The position numbers were made by a program, and so were the translations under genes. A DNA stretch of 64,000 nucleotides from Candidatus Heimdallarchaeota archaeon (GTDB taxonomy: Archaea > Asgardarchaeota > Heimdallarchaeia > JABLTI01), in assembly GCA_018238155.1 (NCBI GenBank), contig JABCTZ010000046.1, forward strand, positions 288,001 to 352,000, written 5' to 3'. Below are positions 28,569 through 38,118 of the stretch, piece by piece (positions within the stretch are counted from its first letter, which is position 1; every line of letters starts with the position of its first letter). The notes beneath the pieces are model-generated. The model searched no databases. It was not told the DNA's origin and was given only the letters and a program-made list of their open reading frames with translations.

Positions 28569-31500
28569 GTGGTGAGAGATTTGGTCGAAGATCAAAATGT
28601 TAGGAGATTTATGGGAACTCAATTAGTGGAAGAAGAAATTCAAGCTTTAAAACAACTTGAGAATGAAATGAGCAATCCAGTTTTTTTGAGCATCAATATT
28701 GGAAATAAACTAGATGTTGTTATCAAAAAGGATATTAAAAGCAAAATACCTTTTTTGAAAGTTATCACCTTTAAAGTGGAAGGTAATCATGTAACAGATC
28801 TTTATATGAAAAATATTTGGGCGGATAAGATACCCAAATGTATTCTTAAGTTTAAAGAAATCAAATCTATAAGTTTGATACATTTTTCAAAATTAAAATC
28901 ATTTCCTCAAGTGATTTGTTATTTAAAAAAATTAGAAATTCTTTATTTAGAAAAGTGCTCGATAAACGATATCCCCGAAGAAATTGGTGAGCTATCAAAG
29001 TTAAAGAAAATAGTTTTTAAAAATTGCTACAAATTTAGTGAAATTCCTACCAGTTTTGCAAATTTAAAAGAGCTTTATGAATTTAAATCTTTAAACACGC
29101 TTTCAAATAATGAGCAATTTGAACAAATTTTGAAATGTAAAAATATCTCAGAATTATCAATTATTGGCAGCAAAATAGAATCAATTCCAAAATCTCTTTT
29201 CAATCTTCTAAAATTAAGATATCTCAATTTATCTTACAGTAAGATTTCAACATTACCAAGTGCTATCCGAAGGTTGACAAATTTAGAGGAATTAATTCTA
29301 AATAATACCAATTTGAAGAATATACCAGTTGGGATAGGAAATTGCACCAATTTAAGATTATTAAAACTAGATTATAATAAAATAATAAGTGTTCCTGAGA
29401 GTTTATTAAAATTGAAGAATCTTGAGGAAACTCCCACAATAAAAAAATTAAAACAACAGATAACAGGCGAAAAGAAACTAGAAACAAAGCAAGAAGAAAA
29501 AAAATCAGAAGAGAAATCTGAGAAAAGTACAGATACAAAAGTTGGTCTATACATCAAGAAATTAGTTTACAAAGATGAAATACTTGTTTTAGAAGAACTT
29601 GACAAAATGTGTGGAGATAAAATTAGTTTTTTCAAAATTGAAAATTATCACGTTACAATGTTAAGTCTGATGAGGAAAAATTACAACGCTACTCCTCAAT
29701 CATCTCTACCTGAATCAATAGGAAAGTTAGTGGAATTAAAATACTTGAATTTTAGTAAAACTACATTCTCAACCTTGCCAGACAGTATTGGAAATCTTAA
29801 GAAATTAGAGGAATTCAAATTTTCAGAGTCACACATTGAAGAACTCCCAGAGGAAATTTGTCTTTGTAAAGAAATAATGATAATGGAAGCAGAAGAAGGA
29901 AAACTAACTAAATTACCTCAGAATATTGGCAATTTAACAAAATTAACTAGCTTGATTTTGAGTAAAAATGAAATAAACGCTTTACCTGAGAGTATAGGGA
30001 AATTAAAGAACCTTGAAACTTTTCGAATAGATAAAAATCGACTCACAAACCTTCCAAAATCCTTTGCCAATCTTATTCGATTAAAGGAATGCAACTTGGA
30101 AGGAAATACAATTGAAAATATACCTGGTGGTTTTGAACATTTTTCGCAATTGGAGTCACTTCTCCTTATAGGAAATAACATAAAATTCATTTCAAGAAAA
30201 ATAGAGGATTTTGAACAGCTAAAGAAGATTGAAATTGATTATTTGCAATTGAGAGATATAACCGCCTTATTGAGAAAGGATGCTGATGCACAACAAATAT
30301 TGACCAATATTGATCAAATTGCACCAATTTATAAAGATCTTCTGTTAATAGACAAATTGCACCAATCTAAAACTTTGGTTAAAGCAAATTTTAGAAAAAT
30401 CGATATATTAGATAATCAACAATTATTTGAACCTCTTCTCAGAAAAGTAGAAGAAATTGCAAACGATGTGGAAGAATTCAGGAGAATTGATATTTCAGAT
30501 ATCAAGGAAGAGGATAAGGTATTAATTTCTTCATTAATCAAAACTATCACAGAAACTAATCCCAATTTTGTTAGAACTTTAGATGAGAATTTAGTATATA
30601 GTATATCCAAAATAGCCTTTAAAGTTAACTTGAAGAAAGAAGCTGAAGCTCTGAGTAGAGCTGTTTTGCAGAAGAACAACCAAGATGTAAATCATTTAAA
30701 ATTAATTGGTAATTTATTAAATGAGAAAAAACGCTATATTGATGAAGAAAAAGTATATTTAACAGCTCTTCACCATCACACCAATGATTTTAGAATTATT
30801 ACAAATTTAGGAAGTAATTTATTCGCACAAAATAGTAATAATGCAATCGAATCAGAAAAATTGTTTCGAAAAGCTTTAGAGATTAATCCAAAGTATAACA
30901 CTGCTTGGATTAAATTGAGTTCAATTTTGAGAACAAAAAAACAGTTGGAAGAAGCAGAAAAAGCTTGTTTACAAGCAATTCAAAATGATCAAGAGGATTA
31001 TTTTGCATGGAATGAATTGGGAAGAGTATACAAAACCTATTATGATCAATACAGGAAAAAAAGAAATGATGAAACTAGCAAAGAAAAAGTAAAGCAGTAT
31101 CAAGAGAAATTTATGGATGCATTTTGGAAATCCTTGAAAATCAAACCAGATAACCCTCAAGCATTAGCGAATATTGCTCACATACATAGTTCAAGTAATG
31201 AATTTGCCAAAGCAATTAAACTTTATAAAAAGATATTGAAAGTTCAACCTCAAAATTATGGAGCATTGATGAGCCTTTCTATTATCTATATTCAAAAGAA
31301 TGAATTCGATAATGCAGCAACAATGTGTGATGAAGCATTAAAAATTAGACCTGATACAAAGAAAAATCCAATCGTACATCTACTCTTTAGGCAAGGGTAT
31401 GTATTTGAGCCCTTAAAAGAAAATGAGCTAGGTGAATATCACAATATTAAGTTAGCTAAAAATGAAATTCAAAAACTGACTGATATAGAAGAAGTGATAG

Positions 31501-31877
31501 GAGAACCACTTGTTAGAAAAATTTGTGATAGATGGGATTTTACTCGAGTAAAAAAACACTTCTTTGAACGAATAATGGGATCACCCCAAAATGCATCTCA
31601 AGGAAAATTTGTTGAAGGACCAAATTTTGATCTAGAAGATTTTCGTATTAGCTCACTTGATTTGGGTTATTGTAATTTGAGTGATCTACCAGCAAGTATC
31701 GGAAATCTCTATAATTTGAAAAGAATAAATTTAGAGCAGAATAAACTAAAGACCTTACCTAAATCATTTTTCCATATGGAAAAATTGCAAGTTATTCGTT
31801 TAACAAACAATCCTGATTTTATTTTTGATAAGAAAACTAAAAAATTGGAACAAAAGGGATGTGAAATAATAAAATGA
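28569..31877 (+). CDS. LRR-LRR-TPR-LRR repeat protein
   Basis: Many LPxxIGNLxxLxxLxLxxN repeats in three blocks, with a TPR block (ALEINPKYNTAW, IKPDNPQAL, VQPQNYGAL) between blocks 2 and 3. Confidence 0.9.
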   Translation: MVRDLVEDQNVRRFMGTQLVEEEIQALKQLENEMSNPVFLSINIGNKLDVVIKKDIKSKIPFLKVITFKVEGNHVTDLYMKNIWADKIPKCILKFKEIKSISLIHFSKLKSFPQVICYLKKLEILYLEKCSINDIPEEIGELSKLKKIVFKNCYKFSEIPTSFANLKELYEFKSLNTLSNNEQFEQILKCKNISELSIIGSKIESIPKSLFNLLKLRYLNLSYSKISTLPSAIRRLTNLEELILNNTNLKNIPVGIGNCTNLRLLKLDYNKIISVPESLLKLKNLEETPTIKKLKQQITGEKKLETKQEEKKSEEKSEKSTDTKVGLYIKKLVYKDEILVLEELDKMCGDKISFFKIENYHVTMLSLMRKNYNATPQSSLPESIGKLVELKYLNFSKTTFSTLPDSIGNLKKLEEFKFSESHIEELPEEICLCKEIMIMEAEEGKLTKLPQNIGNLTKLTSLILSKNEINALPESIGKLKNLETFRIDKNRLTNLPKSFANLIRLKECNLEGNTIENIPGGFEHFSQLESLLLIGNNIKFISRKIEDFEQLKKIEIDYLQLRDITALLRKDADAQQILTNIDQIAPIYKDLLLIDKLHQSKTLVKANFRKIDILDNQQLFEPLLRKVEEIANDVEEFRRIDISDIKEEDKVLISSLIKTITETNPNFVRTLDENLVYSISKIAFKVNLKKEAEALSRAVLQKNNQDVNHLKLIGNLLNEKKRYIDEEKVYLTALHHHTNDFRIITNLGSNLFAQNSNNAIESEKLFRKALEINPKYNTAWIKLSSILRTKKQLEEAEKACLQAIQNDQEDYFAWNELGRVYKTYYDQYRKKRNDETSKEKVKQYQEKFMDAFWKSLKIKPDNPQALANIAHIHSSSNEFAKAIKLYKKILKVQPQNYGALMSLSIIYIQKNEFDNAATMCDEALKIRPDTKKNPIVHLLFRQGYVFEPLKENELGEYHNIKLAKNEIQKLTDIEEVIGEPLVRKICDRWDFTRVKKHFFERIMGSPQNASQGKFVEGPNFDLEDFRISSLDLGYCNLSDLPASIGNLYNLKRINLEQNKLKTLPKSFFHMEKLQVIRLTNNPDFIFDKKTKKLEQKGCEIIK

Positions 31878-32824
31878 ATAATGACTACGATCTAATAGAT
31901 GAAAGCAAAATCGATTCTGTAGATTATCATTTCATTCAAGATTTTAAACTCTATTTAGGAGAAAATCTACAAAAAAGGCAAATCAAAATTCAGAATGGGA
32001 GAATTGTTAAGATAGATTTATGGCATGAGAAAAAAAGAGGAAATTTTCCGGAAAATATTGGAGATCTAACTGAACTTCTCATTCTAAATTTAGTAAACAT
32101 AGACTTGAAGAATCTACCAGATTCGATTGGAAAATTACTTAATCTTGAGGAAATGAATATCTCATCCAATCATCATATTAGATTATTAGATTCAATTGGA
32201 AATCTAACAAGATTAAAAAAACTCAATATGAGTAGATGTAATCTAACTGAATTACCAAAATCATTTGGAAATTTACTAAATTTAGAATGTCTTAATTTAG
32301 AATTTAATAATTTAAATCAGCTACCAAATAATTTTGGCAATCTACAAAAGTTAGAAATTTTGGATTGTGAAAATAATAAACTAACAACACTCCCTGATTC
32401 ATTTTTTCGATTAAAGAATCTATCACGGTTGAATTTAAGAAATAATCCGTTAAAGGTTCTTTCAAACGAGATTATCAATTTTATAAATTATCGAAAATCA
32501 TTGAACCCAGAGAAATGGATGATTTGTCAATATTGTAAAAGAACAATAACTAATTTTGAAAGAAAAGGTTCAGAACCATGGTGTATTTCGTGTGGCTTGG
32601 ATGATGTCAATGTTTATAACGAATATGGATTCAATCTTCCACCCAATTTACTGAAAGACGAGAATTCCTTGAGTACTAAAGGTATAAAAATTTGCATGTA
32701 TTGTGGAGGTCCTGCAGATTATTTCTGCCCAAAATGTCAAAAAAATGCGATTTGTGAATTTGAGGGTGATTCCTATTGTCCCTACTGTGGAACAGAAGGG
32801 CAATGGGAAGAAATAATCAAGTGA
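31874..32824 (+). CDS. LRR protein with Cys-rich C-terminal zinc-finger-like domain
   Basis: LRR array, then CQYC, CISC, CMYC, CPKC, CPYC; ATGA overlap with the upstream gene. Confidence 0.85.
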   Translation: MNNDYDLIDESKIDSVDYHFIQDFKLYLGENLQKRQIKIQNGRIVKIDLWHEKKRGNFPENIGDLTELLILNLVNIDLKNLPDSIGKLLNLEEMNISSNHHIRLLDSIGNLTRLKKLNMSRCNLTELPKSFGNLLNLECLNLEFNNLNQLPNNFGNLQKLEILDCENNKLTTLPDSFFRLKNLSRLNLRNNPLKVLSNEIINFINYRKSLNPEKWMICQYCKRTITNFERKGSEPWCISCGLDDVNVYNEYGFNLPPNLLKDENSLSTKGIKICMYCGGPADYFCPKCQKNAICEFEGDSYCPYCGTEGQWEEIIK

Positions 32825-32987
32825 ATGGGATTTGCATATATCATTGATTTCAAAAAAAATACTTTATTTGATAAAAAAAGAACATTTAATTTCAAAATTA
32901 ACATTTGTCTAAAAGCAATTTAATACTTGATTAACTTGATTTAAAAAAAATATTTTTTGTAGAAACAATGGATTAATTTTGTAGGAA

Positions 32988-33542
32988 TTGGAATCAATGG
33001 CAGATAATGAAATGAAGAGATTTATTATTATGTTATTAGGTGATAAGTTTGAAGGAGAAAGATCACTTCGAGAGAGAATTGGTGTATCTAATCCTCTCGA
33101 TCAAATAATGTGTGTGGGCGGTTTTTCAACAGCAATTAATATCTTTAAAATCAATAATGAAAAAATCAAATTTGAAATACGAACTGTAAATAGTTCGAAG
33201 TCATTCGAGACTATGAGAAAGACATATTATCCTGGAGCAACTGGAGCAATTCTAGTCTTTGATAATACAAATCAAAACTATACTAGTAACGTACTTGAAA
33301 TGTGGTTAAAAGAACTAAGGGTAGTTAATAGAAAAATGGCTGTAGTTCTTGTTAACAATTTAATAGATAGAGAAGGTAAGGAGTTAATTGTAGATGTTGA
33401 AGAAATGGTTGAGAGACTTTCAATGAAATACAAATTAGAAATTACTGCTTTTGAAATTAAAGCAATCACAACAGAATTTATTGATAAAATATTGCTAACT
33501 CTTGGTGAAAAAATTATTCTACGACAAGAAAAAACCATTTGA
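32988..33542 (+). CDS. Rab/Ras-like small GTPase fold, degenerate (pseudo-GTPase)
   Basis: FETMRKTYYPGATGAILVFDNTN and WLKEL are typical of Rab-like proteins; G1 reads GDKFEGERS, G3 DxxG is absent, G4 reads NNLID. Confidence 0.75.
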   Translation: MESMADNEMKRFIIMLLGDKFEGERSLRERIGVSNPLDQIMCVGGFSTAINIFKINNEKIKFEIRTVNSSKSFETMRKTYYPGATGAILVFDNTNQNYTSNVLEMWLKELRVVNRKMAVVLVNNLIDREGKELIVDVEEMVERLSMKYKLEITAFEIKAITTEFIDKILLTLGEKIILRQEKTI

Positions 33543-33580
33543 ATCTAAAGGTAAACAAATTATTCTTTTATCGAAAAAAG

Positions 33581-33596
33581 AGAAATGCTTAAAACT
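33581..33596 (+). promoter_or_regulatory. Putative BRE/TATA promoter of tRNA-Met
   Basis: AGAAATGCTTAAAA about 40-55 nt upstream of the mature tRNA 5' end. Confidence 0.4.
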
Positions 33597-33635
33597 GAAT
33601 AGGTTAAGAAAAAACCATAACCTCTAGGCAACAAT

Positions 33636-33808
33636 GTCGAGGTAGCTTAGCTTGGTTACGGATGTCCACGCGTGCACGTTCGCCAGAATGGGCGCCTGAC
33701 TCATAATCGAAATCTCACAGTGGCCAGATTTGATGGGACATCAGGAGGTCGCGGGATCGAAAATCCATTAACATTTTTAATGGTTCGGTTTGCCCGCCCT
33801 CGACACCA
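33636..33808 (+). tRNA. tRNA-Met(CAT), elongator type, with three BHB introns (~33658-33688, 33706-33739, 33762-33791) and encoded CCA
   Basis: Acceptor GTCGAGG/CCTCGAC+A+CCA; anticodon arm CCTGA-CTCATA|A-TCAGG; T-arm GCGGG-ATCGAA|G-CCCGC; each insertion folds into a bulge-helix-bulge. Confidence 0.9.
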
Positions 33809-33922
33809 ATTTTCAACTATCTTTTATTATGATTTTCAATGTGTTTACGATTTGAAATTTAAAATCTATTATGTAACATTTTCAAATTCAGCTACCATTT
33901 GGCAAAAAAATCGTATTGTTAG

Positions 33923-35038
33923 CTAATTGAAGAACTCGCATATATCTCTAGTTTTAGTTATACTATCATAAGTTTCATCTAAATCCTCAACGGAGCTTTG
34001 ATAAACATTCTTAGGTAAGATGAAAAATGTATCTTCATTATTTTCAATAATCTGCAATACATAAGAAATCAATTTATCTACTTCAATATTATACATAGAT
34101 CCTCGAGCACCGTAAAAACTACAATTGATAGCACTAAGAGCTTGACCAAACTTTAGAGCATTATCGATTAGGTTTTTGTCAAGATTCTGAATTCCTGCTA
34201 GACCTTTTCTCGCTAATTGATTGATAATTCCAGCAGTACACCAATCTCCAGCACCTGCTGTATCATGTATGTTAGCGATTGGAAAGGACTTAACAAATTG
34301 CCAATTAGAATCTTTTCTTCTATACTTTAAACCATCTGCTCCAAGGGTAACAATTTCGAGATCGGGCAGAGATTTTAGTTCAATTATATCCTCAATAACT
34401 AAATTGGTATCATTTCTCTGATTTGAGTATTTCAGAACATTGCTGAGCTCAATTGCTTTCCTCATTTTTTTTGTATCTTTAACGACTTGAGGTTCAAATA
34501 TTATTAGAGTACCCTCACCAGCAAATTTCTCCGCCATTTTGAGTATACTAGGAGCAATACGATCAAAGTAAAAAACATCGGGAATAGTTTTAATTTTGGG
34601 TAATAAATCACTATATTGTTTTAGCGTTATAGGTTGAAATCTTGGTAAATAATCACCACAAGTTGGACATCTAAAGCTAAAGGAGTGAGTTGGCGGATTT
34701 TTATTTAGATTTATTTTTTCTATCACAACAGGTATTGAGTTTGAATCTGTTCTAACAAGGAAATCCGTTTTCACATTCCATTTTTCTAAATCTTCGAGCA
34801 TTATTTCTACTAAAGGACCTTTACCTAATCTTGCTAACGGATAAGTGTTCCAACCCAAATAGGATAAGATTGTTAGGATATTACCACATGAACCACCAGC
34901 TGCGGTAGAGAATTGTTCTAATGTGGAACCATTCCTCTTATAGATGATATCTAATGCTACTAAACCACTACCATAGATTATTGGTTTTTTTAGTATAGTT
35001 GAATCATCTTGTAAATCATTATTCATAATAACATTCAC
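33923..35038 (-). CDS. PfkB/ribokinase-family kinase with CxxC insertion
   Basis: GSGLVALD, AGGSCGN, VTLGADG, DTAGAGDW; CPTC insert. Confidence 0.88.
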   Translation of the reverse strand: MNVIMNNDLQDDSTILKKPIIYGSGLVALDIIYKRNGSTLEQFSTAAGGSCGNILTILSYLGWNTYPLARLGKGPLVEIMLEDLEKWNVKTDFLVRTDSNSIPVVIEKINLNKNPPTHSFSFRCPTCGDYLPRFQPITLKQYSDLLPKIKTIPDVFYFDRIAPSILKMAEKFAGEGTLIIFEPQVVKDTKKMRKAIELSNVLKYSNQRNDTNLVIEDIIELKSLPDLEIVTLGADGLKYRRKDSNWQFVKSFPIANIHDTAGAGDWCTAGIINQLARKGLAGIQNLDKNLIDNALKFGQALSAINCSFYGARGSMYNIEVDKLISYVLQIIENNEDTFFILPKNVYQSSVEDLDETYDSITKTRDICEFFN

Positions 35039-36173
35039 CCTCTAACCAAATTGCAAAGTGCTCACTTTCAATTTGATTATGATTATCCAGATCTTTGTCT
35101 GTAATATTATAACCTTTTGCTTCAGTATAAGCTATACCAACATTACTTTTATTATTTTCGTGACAAGAGTAAACTGCAAGTAGTGCTCCTAGTGATAAGA
35201 TTTTACTGGATAATGGTGAAATAACAAACTGACAACCTTCTAATAAAGCCAATGTCTTTTCATATTTTCTAATTGTAGCTAAAATTATTCTATATACATC
35301 AAAAGGATCTTGCTCAGCTGCATAGAGAATCTGATCTTTGCTTTTAATTACTTCTTTAAATTCTTTGTAAATATCATCACCTCTTCTTGGGTTTTTAGAA
35401 GGAAAAGGGAGAATATAACAAATATCTTTTGGTGTTATCAGAGAGCTAATTTCATTGTACTGTTCAGTTTTTTGTTCTCCTAAAATTGGAATCCAAATTT
35501 TTGGAATATGATCTTTAGATTGATTTTTCAAATCTCCTTCTAATCCCAACATATATTGAGCTTTTACTACTTCTTTTGGGTGAACACTAATATCATATTT
35601 TGAGCTTTCTGTGATTAGCACAAATAAGTTCTTTTTACTCACATTGTTATTATTGAAATTTTCAACATATTTAAGTAAAATTTGTATTATCGGAAAGTAT
35701 AAAGAATATGGTATTGCACTTATATCAATTAGAATGTCAGAATAATCTTGGTATAAAGTAGGATTAGTAAATAAATTCCTTATATTTTGAGGTCCTGTTC
35801 TTTTTTTCCCAAGATCATCTATTACCATTTCAATTTTCTCTTCTTTTATTTGAATTTCATTTTTCTTGATTAAATCAATTAATCTGTTGTAATTATCAAT
35901 AATTAAATCATCATGTTTATGAGATGGAGAATTAACCCCCTCGTTGTATTCAATTAATAAACATTCCAACTTTCCTTCAAAATTTAAACCTAATATTTTT
36001 TCTAGACCTATGCACATTCTATGATCAAAACCTTTACCTAAAATGAAAAGTATTTTCCTATCATTCTTTTTAAGAAATTCTTCCCAGAAAATATTGAAAT
36101 CTTTGTTTTTACAAATAAAATTGATTGATTCCCACTTATTATTACAGTTCAATATTTCCATTTTCTTAACCAC
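35019..36173 (-). CDS. Uncharacterised double Rossmann-like (CARF-like/inactive PRTase-like) protein of the putative defence operon
   Basis: ILIDISAIP, WIPILGE, LPFPSKNPRRGD, VISPLSSKILSLG; overlaps both neighbours. Confidence 0.55.
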   Translation of the reverse strand: MVKKMEILNCNNKWESINFICKNKDFNIFWEEFLKKNDRKILFILGKGFDHRMCIGLEKILGLNFEGKLECLLIEYNEGVNSPSHKHDDLIIDNYNRLIDLIKKNEIQIKEEKIEMVIDDLGKKRTGPQNIRNLFTNPTLYQDYSDILIDISAIPYSLYFPIIQILLKYVENFNNNNVSKKNLFVLITESSKYDISVHPKEVVKAQYMLGLEGDLKNQSKDHIPKIWIPILGEQKTEQYNEISSLITPKDICYILPFPSKNPRRGDDIYKEFKEVIKSKDQILYAAEQDPFDVYRIILATIRKYEKTLALLEGCQFVISPLSSKILSLGALLAVYSCHENNKSNVGIAYTEAKGYNITDKDLDNHNQIESEHFAIWLEGECYYE

Positions 36174-38103
36174 CTTTCGCTCTTACCGTATATCCATAAT
36201 TTATCCAATTATGCAATGTTCTTAAAGAAACTTCACGATATCCCCCATATTCCAAAGGTAAACCATATTTAACACAAAGTAAACGGTTAAGATATAGTAC
36301 TAACCAATAAGTTCCTTTACACTTAACTTCTCTTTGTTCAAGAATATTACTAACTAAACAGTTATGTAGAACAGTATTTAATTTCTTATCTTCATTTGTA
36401 GAAAGAACATTGTTTCTATTAAGACGTATTGCATCTTTTGAAGAAATCGCAATTCCAGTAACTCCTGGAGCATATGGAGCATTAGGTTTATCTGTTTCAT
36501 ATTTCGATAATTTTCCAATTGCATCAATTAAATTTCGAATTTCTGTCTCAAATGATAAATTTTGAAAATTTCTTTCTAGAAAGTTATTTGATATACCTCT
36601 CAATAAGTTTTCTTGTGTTTTGGGAGAAAGTTTAGTGACCCTAGCTTTCATAAGATTATTTGTTAAAAATGTATCAAAGAGCTTCTCTGAGATATTTAAA
36701 AATTGTTCAATATTATTTGAAGCAACTTGAGATACTTTTTCCAATCCAAAATAATAAGGTATTTTCTCTTCAATTGAAATTTTAAAAGCAGCAGCTTTCC
36801 TAATTGCAGATGATATTTTTCTCATTGGTTTTTCTTCAACTTGAGAATCTATTAAAGTAGTTTGAATTGAACCTCTTATTTTACGATCATATAGAATTTG
36901 AATAGATCTTAATAATATAATTTTCTCAATTAAAGTATCCAAATTATTTTGTTTGTATTTTTTATCTATTAAAGAAATTTGTTCTTTATAAAAATTCATT
37001 AAAGAATCTATGTTTTCAACTTTTGGAAGTATTCGTTTTTTCAAGTTACTAATTATTTCCTTCCATTTTTCTATTGGTAAATTTTCTTGTAAACTTTCTG
37101 AAAATCGAGAAACCAATATGTGTGAAGATTCATTGATTCTTCTATTAGCTATAGATTTTACTAATTTAATAAATGATGACTTATTATTATACCAGTATTC
37201 ATCTAGATTAATTTCAACAAAATCTCTTTCCATTCTTGAATTTCTATTTCGTGTTGATTTGAAAATTTCATCTTTCTGTAATGATTCTATTCTGCTAGAT
37301 AGCCACCAATTACTTGCTCTATTTTTGAGTAGGAAATTTGATAAATTATTGATTTGATTTTTTGATAATGTATCTACTTCGTCTAACATTATTAATACTG
37401 ATTCATATAATTGGTTGCCATTATAAAGAAAGCATTTGGGATTAAATAGGTGAAAAATCTCATGGAAATTTGGTAGATTTATATTTCCGTTCTTTTCATT
37501 ATATCCATAGATGTTTAGATCCAATGTTTGTTTTTCTAATTGTGAGGCCCATGAAAACAATTCTTTACCAGTACAGTTTGTGGGTATTTCACTTTCAGGA
37601 TTCAATTCTGGAATTTTTAAAATCTTAATTTCAGATAAATCATTAGGGTATAATATACCAGCAAATACAGTTAATCCTTTTAGAAAACTAATTACCAATC
37701 TAGCCATTAATAAACTATAAAAAGCACTTATTTTCATATTTTCAGCAAGAATTTGGTTGGTATCAAAAAGATAATAATCAACCATGGATGTGTATATACC
37801 AAGTTTACTAGGTTTGTTATCAAAGATTTGAAAACTATTAACTTTTACATAGAGTTCATTATGAACTTCATTGTGTCTATTTTCAAATAATGTCATTAAG
37901 CTCTCAGGAGTAAACAGCCTTAGAAAAGTTGTTTTCCCGGAACCAGGAAGACTAAGCATTTTTACAGGACTATTCCATAAATGATTTCGATATTTTAATA
38001 GTAAATCTAATGCTTTTGGTTCAAACAAACTTAGAAAAATACTATCATTTATTTTTTTTTCAGATGCTCTATAAGAGAATGGATTTCTTTCATAAACACT
38101 CAT
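36166..38103 (-). CDS. ORC/CDC6-like (STAND-type) P-loop ATPase
   Basis: N-terminal NPF, Walker A SLPGSGKTT, Walker B LIMLDEVD, helical/WH C-terminus ending YLNRLLCVKYGLP. Confidence 0.75.
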   Translation of the reverse strand: MSVYERNPFSYRASEKKINDSIFLSLFEPKALDLLLKYRNHLWNSPVKMLSLPGSGKTTFLRLFTPESLMTLFENRHNEVHNELYVKVNSFQIFDNKPSKLGIYTSMVDYYLFDTNQILAENMKISAFYSLLMARLVISFLKGLTVFAGILYPNDLSEIKILKIPELNPESEIPTNCTGKELFSWASQLEKQTLDLNIYGYNEKNGNINLPNFHEIFHLFNPKCFLYNGNQLYESVLIMLDEVDTLSKNQINNLSNFLLKNRASNWWLSSRIESLQKDEIFKSTRNRNSRMERDFVEINLDEYWYNNKSSFIKLVKSIANRRINESSHILVSRFSESLQENLPIEKWKEIISNLKKRILPKVENIDSLMNFYKEQISLIDKKYKQNNLDTLIEKIILLRSIQILYDRKIRGSIQTTLIDSQVEEKPMRKISSAIRKAAAFKISIEEKIPYYFGLEKVSQVASNNIEQFLNISEKLFDTFLTNNLMKARVTKLSPKTQENLLRGISNNFLERNFQNLSFETEIRNLIDAIGKLSKYETDKPNAPYAPGVTGIAISSKDAIRLNRNNVLSTNEDKKLNTVLHNCLVSNILEQREVKCKGTYWLVLYLNRLLCVKYGLPLEYGGYREVSLRTLHNWINYGYTVRAKGG

Positions 38104-38118
38104 AACTTATTACACCTA

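Noticed and set aside
33636-33808. Initiator tRNA-Met or tRNA-Ile2 identity
   Set aside because: G1-C72 rather than A1-U72, no three consecutive G-C pairs in the anticodon stem, and an acceptor stem resembling archaeal elongator Met; Ile2 is not fully excluded
33672-33926. 84-aa ORF on + strand
   Set aside because: Overlaps the intron-containing tRNA-Met; the translation has no protein-like character
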